Shown: positions 18,248 through 27,840 of the stretch, one piece after another
How positions within the stretch are numbered: the first letter of the stretch is position 1
Layout: every line of letters begins with the position of its first letter
From: an uncultured Selenomonadaceae bacterium
GTDB lineage: Bacteria; Bacillota; Negativicutes; Selenomonadales; Selenomonadaceae
Length of the DNA stretch: 48,201 nucleotides
Direction of reading: 5' to 3'
NCBI GenBank assembly: GCA_945637225.1
Contig: CALZDE010000001.1
Span: 1 to 48,201 of the forward strand
Made by a program: the position numbers and the translations under genes
The notes under the pieces: generated by a model
What the model was told of the DNA's origin: nothing
Database searches by the model: none
What the model saw: the letters and a program-made list of their open reading frames with translations, nothing else

Positions 18248-19552
18248 TCATTTTAACACATATATAAATTCACTAATTGCATCCATCATTATTTCTTCCC
18301 AAATAAAATTACCGCTGAACTGTCCCATAGTTCCCTCTGTTTCTTCAGGACTGGCTTCACCATTCATAATATATACAAAACCATCCCTGCTGTCTTTCCT
18401 TATAAACAAACCTGCTAACAGGCCAAATGCCTGCCCTGTATGACCGACAAAATCCATCACATGATTTCTGCATACCCTGGCTGTACTTCTGCCATCAATG
18501 AAATATTCTCCCAATCCATAATTTAAAAGCGTACCGCCTGCTGTGTCGCCATTATGCCTATCTTCATCATAAACCCACTGTAATTTAAAAATTTCGTCAA
18601 CAGATTTTTCTGCTAATATGCGATTTCCCTTATAAACACCTTTATTGATAAGCATTTCCAAAGCATGAGACAGTCCTTCCAAAGAAGTACGCAAACCGCC
18701 CTGTGGAGCCAAGGAGGTTGCATTTGTACCAGGAATATATTCCTTTAAGCTATAAGAACCATTTACCTTTTCGGCATACGGATTCTGCAAAAATACGGTT
18801 TCTGCCAGTGGTTTTTTATCTCCGTAATCGTCAATATAGGAAAACCATTTTCCCTCTGAATCCCATACACCGGAATAATTTTCTTTGCGGTAAATACTGC
18901 CTAAATTTAAAAATTCCTGTGCTGAAAGATTGCCGACTAAATAACCACCCTGCATTTCTAAAGGCTCGAATATATTCTTCTTTAAAAATCTATCAAATCT
19001 TACTCCACTTACCTTCTCTATGACAGTACCTAATAAACCATAATTTAAATTAGCATAACAGAAAAATTCACCCGTTTTTTCGTCTTTTTTAGAAAAATGA
19101 TTTCCGTCTTCATAGAACATTCCATCAGGAGTGAAAAATTCTTTTAGACTTACAGCAGGCGGTGTAGAATATACCTTGCCATCTCTTAATCCCGATGTAT
19201 GACTAGCCAGCATTCTGATGGTAATGGGTATATCCAAATAGTGCGGATGACGCAGTTTAAAAGATAAAAAATCACTTACATCATCATCAAGAGATATGCG
19301 TTTTTCCTCAACTAATTTCATAAGGGCAAAAATGGTAAACTGTTTAGATACAGATGCAATTCTAAAAATGCTATCCTTATTAAATGCCTTATTCTTGCTA
19401 TTATCCATATTATTTATATATGAATTTCCTGCAAAAAAATCATATGCCTTTTTTCCATCTTTATAAATAATTACACCTAATCCCGGCACTTGTAATTTAC
19501 CTTTTTTAGTTAGATTTAGTAAACGATTATCTAATTCAGCTTTTTTCATCAT
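18248..19552 (-). CDS. Cytosolic serine hydrolase of the beta-lactamase/class-C (DD-peptidase, D-aminopeptidase, family VIII esterase) fold
   Basis: SxxK = ASVSKQF, YxN = YANLNY, K/H-T-G = GHTGQAFG. No signal peptide. The start is ATG 19552 or 19549 (GAGG upstream); the track start is GTG. Confidence 0.75.
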   Translation of the reverse strand: MMKKAELDNRLLNLTKKGKLQVPGLGVIIYKDGKKAYDFFAGNSYINNMDNSKNKAFNKDSIFRIASVSKQFTIFALMKLVEEKRISLDDDVSDFLSFKLRHPHYLDIPITIRMLASHTSGLRDGKVYSTPPAVSLKEFFTPDGMFYEDGNHFSKKDEKTGEFFCYANLNYGLLGTVIEKVSGVRFDRFLKKNIFEPLEMQGGYLVGNLSAQEFLNLGSIYRKENYSGVWDSEGKWFSYIDDYGDKKPLAETVFLQNPYAEKVNGSYSLKEYIPGTNATSLAPQGGLRTSLEGLSHALEMLINKGVYKGNRILAEKSVDEIFKLQWVYDEDRHNGDTAGGTLLNYGLGEYFIDGRSTARVCRNHVMDFVGHTGQAFGLLAGLFIRKDSRDGFVYIMNGEASPEETEGTMGQFSGNFIWEEIMMDAISEFIYVLK

Positions 19553-19583
19553 TGACCTCACTGCTTTTTGAAAACATCGTAAA

Positions 19584-19616
19584 ATTAGCTAGCCATAAAT
19601 ATTATGACTAGCTAAT
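19584..19616 (-). terminator. AT-rich hairpin downstream of the 751-aa gene (weak terminator candidate)
   Basis: ATTAGCTAGcCA / TGaCTAGCTAAT stem (11 pairs, 1 mismatch, 9-nt loop). On the minus strand it is followed only by TTTACGATGTTTT, a poor U-tract. Confidence 0.3.
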
Positions 19617-19640
19617 CGCAACAACGATTTCAACTTGTAC

Positions 19641-21896
19641 TTACTCGATATCAGCAAGTAAACGCTCTACAGTTCTGTACTCACTCTGTTTTAAGTAAGA
19701 CTGAACTTTTAAAATTTCTTCTGCCATATCAGCAGTCATTTCGCCAAACTGTTTCTTTTCAGTAATGAATTTATTTATTTCATTTTCTAAATACTGACCT
19801 TTAATATCAGACTCATAATTCAGCTGTAACATGCAGTAATTTAATACATTGCGGAAGAAGCCATAGTTACCAGAATTACATGCATCATCATATGCTTCAT
19901 TCATGATATTCTTCATTTGCTTCTTAAGATTTTCACCATCAATAGTGTCTAACTGACCATTGCTCTGACGGTCTTCTAAATTCTGCAAAAAGCCTTCTTT
20001 CCACTGATGATTTGCCTTATCAACAGCATTGTTATAGCTTTCCTTCATCATTCCTTCTGATGGTCTGGTAAAGTCAATATTCTTATGGGAACAATAATCC
20101 ATTATCAAAACCAAAGAACCATAATCAGGCTTATTCTTTAAAATACCGGCTATGATTTCATTCCAGTTAGGCAAGTTATTATTTTCATAATGTCTGATAA
20201 TACGCTCCCCTATATCAAAGCCCTTTATTTCATAGAATTTGTTATCGAGAACAGGTATGAAATTTTCATCTAAAACAACATTTTGAGATCTCAAAAAGTC
20301 TATATAATAAAATTCTCTGTCTCTCACATCATAACTGCCATCTAATCTGCTCTTTAATTCCTCTAAAACATAGGTCAGCACATTAATACCAGCTGAAGCA
20401 GCTACGGAAATGTCTTTGCCTCTTTGTGCAGCTAAGTAATTTAATGCTTCATCAAAATTATGCAGGAGCATTCCCTTGGTTCTCTTATTTTCGTTAAGAG
20501 GATTTTGTTCATCATCAACATCATCACGATAATCAGCACATAAGTCAATACCCTGATTATATTCATTTTTGAAAGTCAGTGTATAGAATAAAACTCTGCT
20601 GAGGCCAGTATTATTTCTCATCATTTCCAATGGCTTGACATATTCCTCATAAAGAGTGCTGTCCTGACTATTGGATTCTGGTGAATCATAGAAGAATACT
20701 CTTAAAATAGCGGCTGCCATGAAATACTGATATGCTTCATCACTGTCATCATCCAAATTTGGATAGATATCATAAATTGAAAAAGCATTATATTTCTGCT
20801 TTATCATAGGGTCATGAACAGCGAATGCAGCTCTTAAATACTTGTTATTCAAAGAGGCATTCTTCTCAGCCATACCCTTGAGATAAGCTAAACCACAGTA
20901 AATGCGGTTATTCGCCATCATCTCATAAGCCTTATTGATAATATCTTCATTTTTTACTAAATAGGTATCATCATCTTCTAATTCGACATCTGCATAATAA
21001 TGAGTTACCTTTACCTCTGGAAAACTATCAGTTACAGTTTCCTGCTTTTCTGGCTCTGCCTCATTCTCTGCGGTTACGGCTTCTTCTATTTTTTCAATTT
21101 CTTTTACTTCTTCAGGCTCCTGAACAGATTCAGCTTCTTCTACAGCAGGAGTGACAATTTCTGTTTTTTCTTCTATTTTTTCTTCTGTGCTTTCAGGTGC
21201 TTTTTCTGTAACTGCAGGTTCAATATTTCTGTCAAAAATACTGTCAATATCTGTATCGTCAGCATTCTCAGCTTCTTCTTTTTCCTCTGCTTCAGTATCA
21301 ATGGAGCTATTGAATAAATTTACAAAATCATTTTTACCAATGGAAAATTTAATCTGATTATTTAAAAGCAGGAATAAAATATCATGTCCGTAGTAACCAA
21401 CGATGGAAAGAAATACTTCCCTGTCCTTTAAGAGATTATATTTGCCTTCAATGGTATCAGATAACAGAATGTATTTATCTGCTTTTTCTATAAAATTATC
21501 AATAGGCAAAGACTTAGCTTCTGCCATAAATTCAGAAACTTCGGTTTTAACAGCCTCTACATTTTCATCACCAGTGATATAAAGCAGACGGCCAAGTATT
21601 AAGAGAATATCATGTCTTTGCTGTTTTAGCTTATTCTGTTCTAATAATTCATCTATTGCTTTTTCTACATCAGCCATATAGGAAATTTTATTTATATCAG
21701 TAAGTTCCTGTACCGATAAAATTTTTTCCTGCTCAATAATAGTTTTCTGCAATATATCAATAGCTTCTTTAGCAATGCCAACATTAAGCAATGCATCAGT
21801 TTTGAAATTACTGCTGATTCTTCCTATTAAGCCTTCTGCCTGTGTACGTAATAATTTTAACTGATCTAAAGACTCTCTTAAAGCTTCAACTTCCAT
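19641..21896 (-). CDS. Hypothetical 751-aa cytoplasmic protein: coiled-coil-like N-domain, about 110-aa acidic linker, about 440-aa helical C-domain
   Basis: Long uninterrupted ORF with AAGGAAG SD 9 nt upstream, 17 nt after the adh stop. No P-loop, TM segment, signal peptide or catalytic motif that I recognise. Residues about 199-310 are E/D/K/T-rich (TEAEEKEEAENADDTD...EPEKQETVTD). Confidence 0.6.
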   Translation of the reverse strand: MEVEALRESLDQLKLLRTQAEGLIGRISSNFKTDALLNVGIAKEAIDILQKTIIEQEKILSVQELTDINKISYMADVEKAIDELLEQNKLKQQRHDILLILGRLLYITGDENVEAVKTEVSEFMAEAKSLPIDNFIEKADKYILLSDTIEGKYNLLKDREVFLSIVGYYGHDILFLLLNNQIKFSIGKNDFVNLFNSSIDTEAEEKEEAENADDTDIDSIFDRNIEPAVTEKAPESTEEKIEEKTEIVTPAVEEAESVQEPEEVKEIEKIEEAVTAENEAEPEKQETVTDSFPEVKVTHYYADVELEDDDTYLVKNEDIINKAYEMMANNRIYCGLAYLKGMAEKNASLNNKYLRAAFAVHDPMIKQKYNAFSIYDIYPNLDDDSDEAYQYFMAAAILRVFFYDSPESNSQDSTLYEEYVKPLEMMRNNTGLSRVLFYTLTFKNEYNQGIDLCADYRDDVDDEQNPLNENKRTKGMLLHNFDEALNYLAAQRGKDISVAASAGINVLTYVLEELKSRLDGSYDVRDREFYYIDFLRSQNVVLDENFIPVLDNKFYEIKGFDIGERIIRHYENNNLPNWNEIIAGILKNKPDYGSLVLIMDYCSHKNIDFTRPSEGMMKESYNNAVDKANHQWKEGFLQNLEDRQSNGQLDTIDGENLKKQMKNIMNEAYDDACNSGNYGFFRNVLNYCMLQLNYESDIKGQYLENEINKFITEKKQFGEMTADMAEEILKVQSYLKQSEYRTVERLLADIE

Positions 21897-21913
21897 TAAC
21901 TTGCACTTCCTTA

Positions 21914-23092
21914 TTAGTAATTAGCCATTTCATAAACCTTCATCATATCCTGCTTGCTCAGCGGATGGAAAACAGCTACCTTCTTACTGCCATTAGCAGT
22001 AGCCAAATCAGCCATTTTCTCAATTTCCTCTGCAGTAGCAACTCTGCCAACTAACTGAGAAATGCAGATTGGCATGCCTATGCTCTTGAAGAACTCCTCC
22101 GTCATGCGAATACCAGCACGAGCCTTTTCTTCAACGGTTCCACCTTCAACGCCCCATACTTTTTCTGCAAACTGAGCAAAACGAGCTGGATTATCCTGAT
22201 ATACGAAACGTGCCCATGAAGACCACATAGCCGCTAAGGATGCACCATGAGCCACATCAAAGATACCACTCAGCTCATGACCGAACTTATGGCAGGAGAA
22301 ATCTCTCTGACGGCCAAGACCAGTAAAGCCAGTATGTGAAACACTGCCACACCACATCAGCTCACTCATAGCCTCATAATCCTTACGGCTTACCATTGCA
22401 GCCTTGCCATACTTTATTACATTCTTCAGCAGTTCCTCTGCTACTCTGTCTGTAAAATGGTTGCCTTCCTCATGTGCAAAATATCTGTCCATGGTATGCA
22501 TCATAATGTCAGTAATACCACAGGCAATCTGATAACGTGGCAGGGTATATGTCAAAACAGGATTCATAATTGCAAAAACAGGACGCTCAGTAGAACAGCC
22601 TATCTTCTGATGTGTTTCCTCTTTGGTAAGAACAGCAGAATCACTTGTCTCACTGCCTGCTGCAGAAATAGTCAATACCGCACCAACTGGCAGGGACTTT
22701 GGAGCCTTTGTCTTCTTAGACCAGAAATCCTCCCATACATCTGCTTCAGGATTTGCAATACCTACTGCAATAGCCTTAGCTGTATCAATTACACTGCCAC
22801 CGCCAACAGCTAACAGAAAATCAACGCCAAACTCCTGTGCTTTCTTTACGCCCTCCACTACGAAGGAAAGGCGAGGATTTGGCTTTACACCGCCCAGTTC
22901 CAGTACTTCAATGTTTTCAGCAGATAAAGAATCCTTAATTCTGTCTAAAAGACCACTGCTCTTAGCACTGTTGCCACCGTAAACCAAAGCTACCTTAGTA
23001 CCGCCATACTGCTTTACCTTGGCACCAGCCTTATTTTCAGTATCCCTACCAAAAACAATTTCTGTAGAACAGCAATATTCAAAATTCTGCAT
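21914..23092 (-). CDS. Iron-containing (group III) alcohol dehydrogenase, butanol dehydrogenase/YqhD-like
   Basis: GGGSVIDTAKAIA, metal-binding His cluster (DIMMHTMDRYF, HGASLAAMW, CHKFGHELS), 392 aa. Confidence 0.85.
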   Translation of the reverse strand: MQNFEYCCSTEIVFGRDTENKAGAKVKQYGGTKVALVYGGNSAKSSGLLDRIKDSLSAENIEVLELGGVKPNPRLSFVVEGVKKAQEFGVDFLLAVGGGSVIDTAKAIAVGIANPEADVWEDFWSKKTKAPKSLPVGAVLTISAAGSETSDSAVLTKEETHQKIGCSTERPVFAIMNPVLTYTLPRYQIACGITDIMMHTMDRYFAHEEGNHFTDRVAEELLKNVIKYGKAAMVSRKDYEAMSELMWCGSVSHTGFTGLGRQRDFSCHKFGHELSGIFDVAHGASLAAMWSSWARFVYQDNPARFAQFAEKVWGVEGGTVEEKARAGIRMTEEFFKSIGMPICISQLVGRVATAEEIEKMADLATANGSKKVAVFHPLSKQDMMKVYEMANY

Positions 23093-23134
23093 TTTTACTC
23101 CCCCTACCCAAAACTTATTTTTTACGCTATGTTT

Positions 23135-23143
23135 ATTATACCA
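23135..23143 (-). promoter_or_regulatory. Extended -10 element (TGgTATAAT) of a candidate adh promoter
   Basis: The minus strand reads TTTGGTATAAT about 40 nt upstream of the adh ATG. The -35 is poor (AAGACA at 17 nt). Confidence 0.4.
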
Positions 23144-23161
23144 AATTTTACTATAAATGTC

Positions 23162-23189
23162 TTGATTTTTTTTATTTTTATGTTATAAT
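23162..23189 (+). promoter_or_regulatory. Sigma-70-type promoter upstream of the HAD gene leader
   Basis: TTGATT (23162-23167), 16-nt T-rich spacer, extended -10 TGtTATAAT (23181-23189). Confidence 0.5.
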
Positions 23190-23229
23190 GATGACATAAA
23201 GGAATTTTCAAGCAATGCATGAGGCAGGG

Positions 23230-23260
23230 AGACAGGTGGCTAGACCTGTCTTTTTGTTTT
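23230..23260 (+). terminator. Intrinsic-terminator-like hairpin inside the 5' leader of the HAD gene (attenuator or end of a short RNA)
   Basis: AGACAGGT-GGCTAG-ACCTGTCT stem (8 bp) followed by TTTTGTTTTT. It lies about 40 nt after the predicted TSS and 12 nt before the HAD SD. Confidence 0.5.
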
Positions 23261-23278
23261 TAGAAAGGAATTATGTTT

Positions 23279-23917
23279 ATGAAAAAGGCTTTTATTTTTG
23301 ATATGGATGGCGTAATTATTGACAGTGAGCCAATTCATGCTATTGCCAAGCAGATGGCCTGCAAGAAATATAACATCGAATTACCTAAGGAAATGTTTTC
23401 TACTTTTGTTGGCCGTCCTACCATGGAATGCTTTACTGAAATTTTAGAAAAAAATCCACGTGAAGGTGTGACACCTAAATTAATAGCCAGCACTAAATAT
23501 GAATACTATATGGAACTGATGGAAAAAAGTGATAAGCTCGTTCCTATTCATGGCCTGCCTGAACTTCTTCAAAGATTAAAGGATAAGGGCTACAAGATAG
23601 GTTTGGCTTCCTCCTCTGCCAGAAACATGATTGAAATGGTTTTGACACGCTTTAATATCAAGGATTATTTTGAGGTTATTGTCAGCGGTGCAGAGCTTCC
23701 TAAAAGCAAGCCAGATCCTGCAGTATATCTTATTACAGCAGAAAAATTAGGTGTATCTCCAGAGGAATGTACAGTAGTAGAAGATGCTACTGCTGGTATC
23801 GCTGCTGCTAAGGCCGCTGGTATGTACTGCATTGCCTACGATAATCCAAATTCCTTAAATCAGGATTTAAGCAGAGCAGACATTATTGTAAAAAATCACG
23901 ATGATATCAAAATCTAA
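23279..23917 (+). CDS. HAD-superfamily hydrolase, subfamily IA (beta-phosphoglucomutase/sugar-phosphatase-like)
   Basis: FDMDGVIIDSEP (DxDG), GLASSS, SKPDP and VVEDATAGIAAAKAAGM. The ATG at 23279 has better SD spacing (AAAGGAA, 8-9 nt) than the track start at 23273. Confidence 0.8.
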   Translation: MKKAFIFDMDGVIIDSEPIHAIAKQMACKKYNIELPKEMFSTFVGRPTMECFTEILEKNPREGVTPKLIASTKYEYYMELMEKSDKLVPIHGLPELLQRLKDKGYKIGLASSSARNMIEMVLTRFNIKDYFEVIVSGAELPKSKPDPAVYLITAEKLGVSPEECTVVEDATAGIAAAKAAGMYCIAYDNPNSLNQDLSRADIIVKNHDDIKI

Positions 23918-23922
23918 AGCAA

Positions 23923-23964
23923 AACACCCTTATGGAAAATCTCCACAAGGGTGTTCTTTATTTT
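23923..23964. terminator. Bidirectional intrinsic terminator between the convergent HAD and GH1 genes
   Basis: AACACCCTT ... AAGGGTGTT 9-bp stem with an inner TGGA/TCCA extension. CTTTATTTT follows on the plus strand and TTTTGCTTT on the minus strand. Confidence 0.7.
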
Positions 23965-23973
23965 AATTGAATA

Positions 23974-25404
<1,431 letters not shown>

Positions 25405-25493
25405 CTATACAAATAATATAATTTCCCTCTCTCATTAACCCTTGCTTATACTATTCGCTAATAAAAGGCAAAATCCTTCATGCAAGATAAAAT

Positions 25494-26819
25494 TTATTTA
25501 TTTTTTAAAAACTCTGCTACCTTCTTAAGAGCTACGCCTGCTGCTTCAATAGTACGGTCAATTTCTTCATCAGTATGCGCACCGGACATAAACAAAGTCT
25601 CAAACTGAGATGGTGCGAGGTAAATGCCCTGCTCAAGCATAGCCTTAAACCATACCTTGAATGCTTCCTGATCAGATGCCGCAGAGCTTTCATAATCTAC
25701 GACTTCCTTGTCATTGAAGAAGAAGCCAAACATGGAGCCAGCCATCTGTACCTGTAAGGTTACGCCTGCTTCTTTCGCTTTCTGAGCCACTCCCAAAATT
25801 AACTTTTTGGTCTTAATGGTAAGCTGACGACTGTAATCAGGTTCACCGCACTCAGGCTCTGCAGTGATGATTTTTAAAGTCTCCAAGCCAGCAGTCATTG
25901 CTAATGGATTACCGGACAGAGTTCCTGCCTGATAAACCGCCCCCGCTGGAGAAACATTCTGCATGATTTCTCTCTTACCGCCATAAGCAGCCACAGGAAG
26001 ACCACCGCCAATGATCTTGCCAAGGCAGGTAAGGTCAGGCTTAACCATATAAGCCTTCTGAGCACCGCCAAGTGAAGCTCTGAAACCGCACATTACCTCA
26101 TCAAAGATAAGTACAGTGCCAGTCTCTGCAGTACGCTTTCTAAGTAAGTCAAGATAACCAGGCTTAGGCAGAACCAAGCCCATATTGCCAGCCACAGGCT
26201 CTACGATAACAGCCGCAATCTCACTGCCCTCATCGTCCATTATCTTGTTAAATGCCGCAAAATCATTAAATGGGATAGTAATGGTGTCTGCCGCAGTACC
26301 AGGAGTTACGCCAGGACTGTCAGGAACACCAAAGGTAGCCATACCAGAGCCAGCCTTTACCAAAAGACTGTCGCTGTGACCATGATAACAGCCGATGAAC
26401 TTCACAATTTTATTTCTGCCAGTATAGCCACGAGCAAGGCGGAGCGCACTCATAGTTGCTTCAGTACCAGAATTAACCATGCGGATAACTTCCATGGAAG
26501 GATAAACCTCCATGACCTTCTTAGCTAATTCACTTTCAATTAAGGTAGGTGCACCATAGCTTGTACCGCGAGTTGCCGCTTCCTGCAATGCCTTTACTAC
26601 CTGTGGATGAGCATGACCTACCACCATAGGCCCCCATGAGCCGACATAATCAATATATTCATTGCCATCAATATCAAAAATATGGCTTCCCTCTGCACGA
26701 GCAATAAAAGGAGGGTTGCAGTCTACACTTCTATAAGAACGTACCGGACTATTTACACCGCCAGGCATCAAAGTTTTAGCTTCCTCAAAAGCCTTCGCAG
26801 ATTTTTCTAAATTCAGCAT
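25494..26819 (-). CDS. hemL: Glutamate-1-semialdehyde 2,1-aminomutase
   Basis: LMPGGVNSPVRS, FDEVMCGFR and the PLP-lysine region LGKIIGGGLP. The start is set at Met25 (ATG 26819, GGAGGA SD, 4 nt after the hemB stop). The longer track ORF overlaps hemB. Confidence 0.9.
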   Translation of the reverse strand: MLNLEKSAKAFEEAKTLMPGGVNSPVRSYRSVDCNPPFIARAEGSHIFDIDGNEYIDYVGSWGPMVVGHAHPQVVKALQEAATRGTSYGAPTLIESELAKKVMEVYPSMEVIRMVNSGTEATMSALRLARGYTGRNKIVKFIGCYHGHSDSLLVKAGSGMATFGVPDSPGVTPGTAADTITIPFNDFAAFNKIMDDEGSEIAAVIVEPVAGNMGLVLPKPGYLDLLRKRTAETGTVLIFDEVMCGFRASLGGAQKAYMVKPDLTCLGKIIGGGLPVAAYGGKREIMQNVSPAGAVYQAGTLSGNPLAMTAGLETLKIITAEPECGEPDYSRQLTIKTKKLILGVAQKAKEAGVTLQVQMAGSMFGFFFNDKEVVDYESSAASDQEAFKVWFKAMLEQGIYLAPSQFETLFMSGAHTDEEIDRTIEAAGVALKKVAEFLKNK

Positions 26820-26823
26820 TTTT

Positions 26824-27810
26824 TTAATCCTCCTGCAACCAACGAGCCGCATCCATAGCATGATAAGTAATAATAATATCCGCACCAGCACGCTTCATAC
26901 TGGTAAGAGTCTCCAAAACAATTCTCTTTTCGTCAATCCAGCCCTTTTCAGCAGCCGCCTTCACCATAGCATACTCACCGCTTACATTGTAAACAGCCAC
27001 AGGATGATTTACTCTGTCACGAACCTTGCGGACAATATCAAGATAAGCAAGAGCAGGCTTTACCATGATGATGTCTGCACCTTCCTCCAAGTCAAGCTCC
27101 AGTTCCTTCATTGCTTCACGGTCATTAGCTGGGTCCATCTGATAAGCGCGTCTGTCACCAAACTGTGGGGCAGAATTTGCAGCATCACGGAATGGGCCAT
27201 AATAGCCGGAAGCATACTTAATGGTATAGGACATGATAGAAACATTGATGAAGCCGTTTTCATCAAGAGCCTCACGAATAGCCGCCACACGTCCATCCAT
27301 CATATCGGAAGGAGCGATGATATCCGCGCCAGCCTTAGCCTGACTTACAGCCACCTTCTGTAAAAGCTTCAAGGTCTCATCATTATCTACATAGTGGTCA
27401 CAGAGCTTACCGCAATGGCCATGACTTGTGTACTGGCAAAGGCATACATCACCCACGATAATCAATTCTGGAACAGCTTCCTTAATCGCCTTGATAGCAC
27501 GCTGAACAGGAGAATTCATATCCCACGCACTAGAACCGATTTCGTCCTTGTACTCAGGCAGGCCAAATACCTCAACAGAAGGAATACCCAATTCATATAT
27601 TTCCTCTGCCAGCTCTACCGCCTTATCTACGGAAAGATGGTAGCAGTTTGGCATACTTGGAATTTCTTCCTTTACGTTCTCACCAGGAACAACGAAGATA
27701 GGATAAACAAAATCCTTAGGGGAAAGGCTTGTTTCACGAACCATGGAACGGATAGCCTTATTGATACGCATTCTGCGAGGACGCAGTTTCTGATTAATCA
27801 TTTTAAACAC
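26824..27810 (-). CDS. hemB: Porphobilinogen synthase (delta-aminolevulinate dehydratase), Zn-type
   Basis: RPRRMR near the N-terminus, Cys-rich Zn site [14 protein letters not shown] and Schiff-base lysine regions (IMVKPAL). Confidence 0.9.
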   Translation of the reverse strand: MFKMINQKLRPRRMRINKAIRSMVRETSLSPKDFVYPIFVVPGENVKEEIPSMPNCYHLSVDKAVELAEEIYELGIPSVEVFGLPEYKDEIGSSAWDMNSPVQRAIKAIKEAVPELIIVGDVCLCQYTSHGHCGKLCDHYVDNDETLKLLQKVAVSQAKAGADIIAPSDMMDGRVAAIREALDENGFINVSIMSYTIKYASGYYGPFRDAANSAPQFGDRRAYQMDPANDREAMKELELDLEEGADIIMVKPALAYLDIVRKVRDRVNHPVAVYNVSGEYAMVKAAAEKGWIDEKRIVLETLTSMKRAGADIIITYHAMDAARWLQED

Positions 27811-27840
27811 CTCGAAAATAAAAACATCTATTTTAAAAAA

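Noticed and set aside
20967-21357. Plus-strand ORFs of 105 aa and 68 aa rich in F/S/C
   Set aside because: They are the antisense reading of the GAA/GAG-rich acidic linker of the 751-aa gene and are a compositional artefact.
23215-23301. 28-codon leader ORF (MHEAGRQVARPVFLFLERNYVYEKGFYF) spanning the HAD leader hairpin
   Set aside because: Its ATG is 11 nt from a weak AAAGGA and it reads out of frame into the HAD gene. There is no evidence it is translated. I keep it only as a remote possibility for attenuation.
26820-26891. 24-codon hydrophobic N-terminal extension of hemL in the ORF track
   Set aside because: It would overlap hemB by 68 nt. Met25 has a GGAGGA SD and restores the canonical HemL N-terminus (MLNLEKS...LMPGGVNSP).
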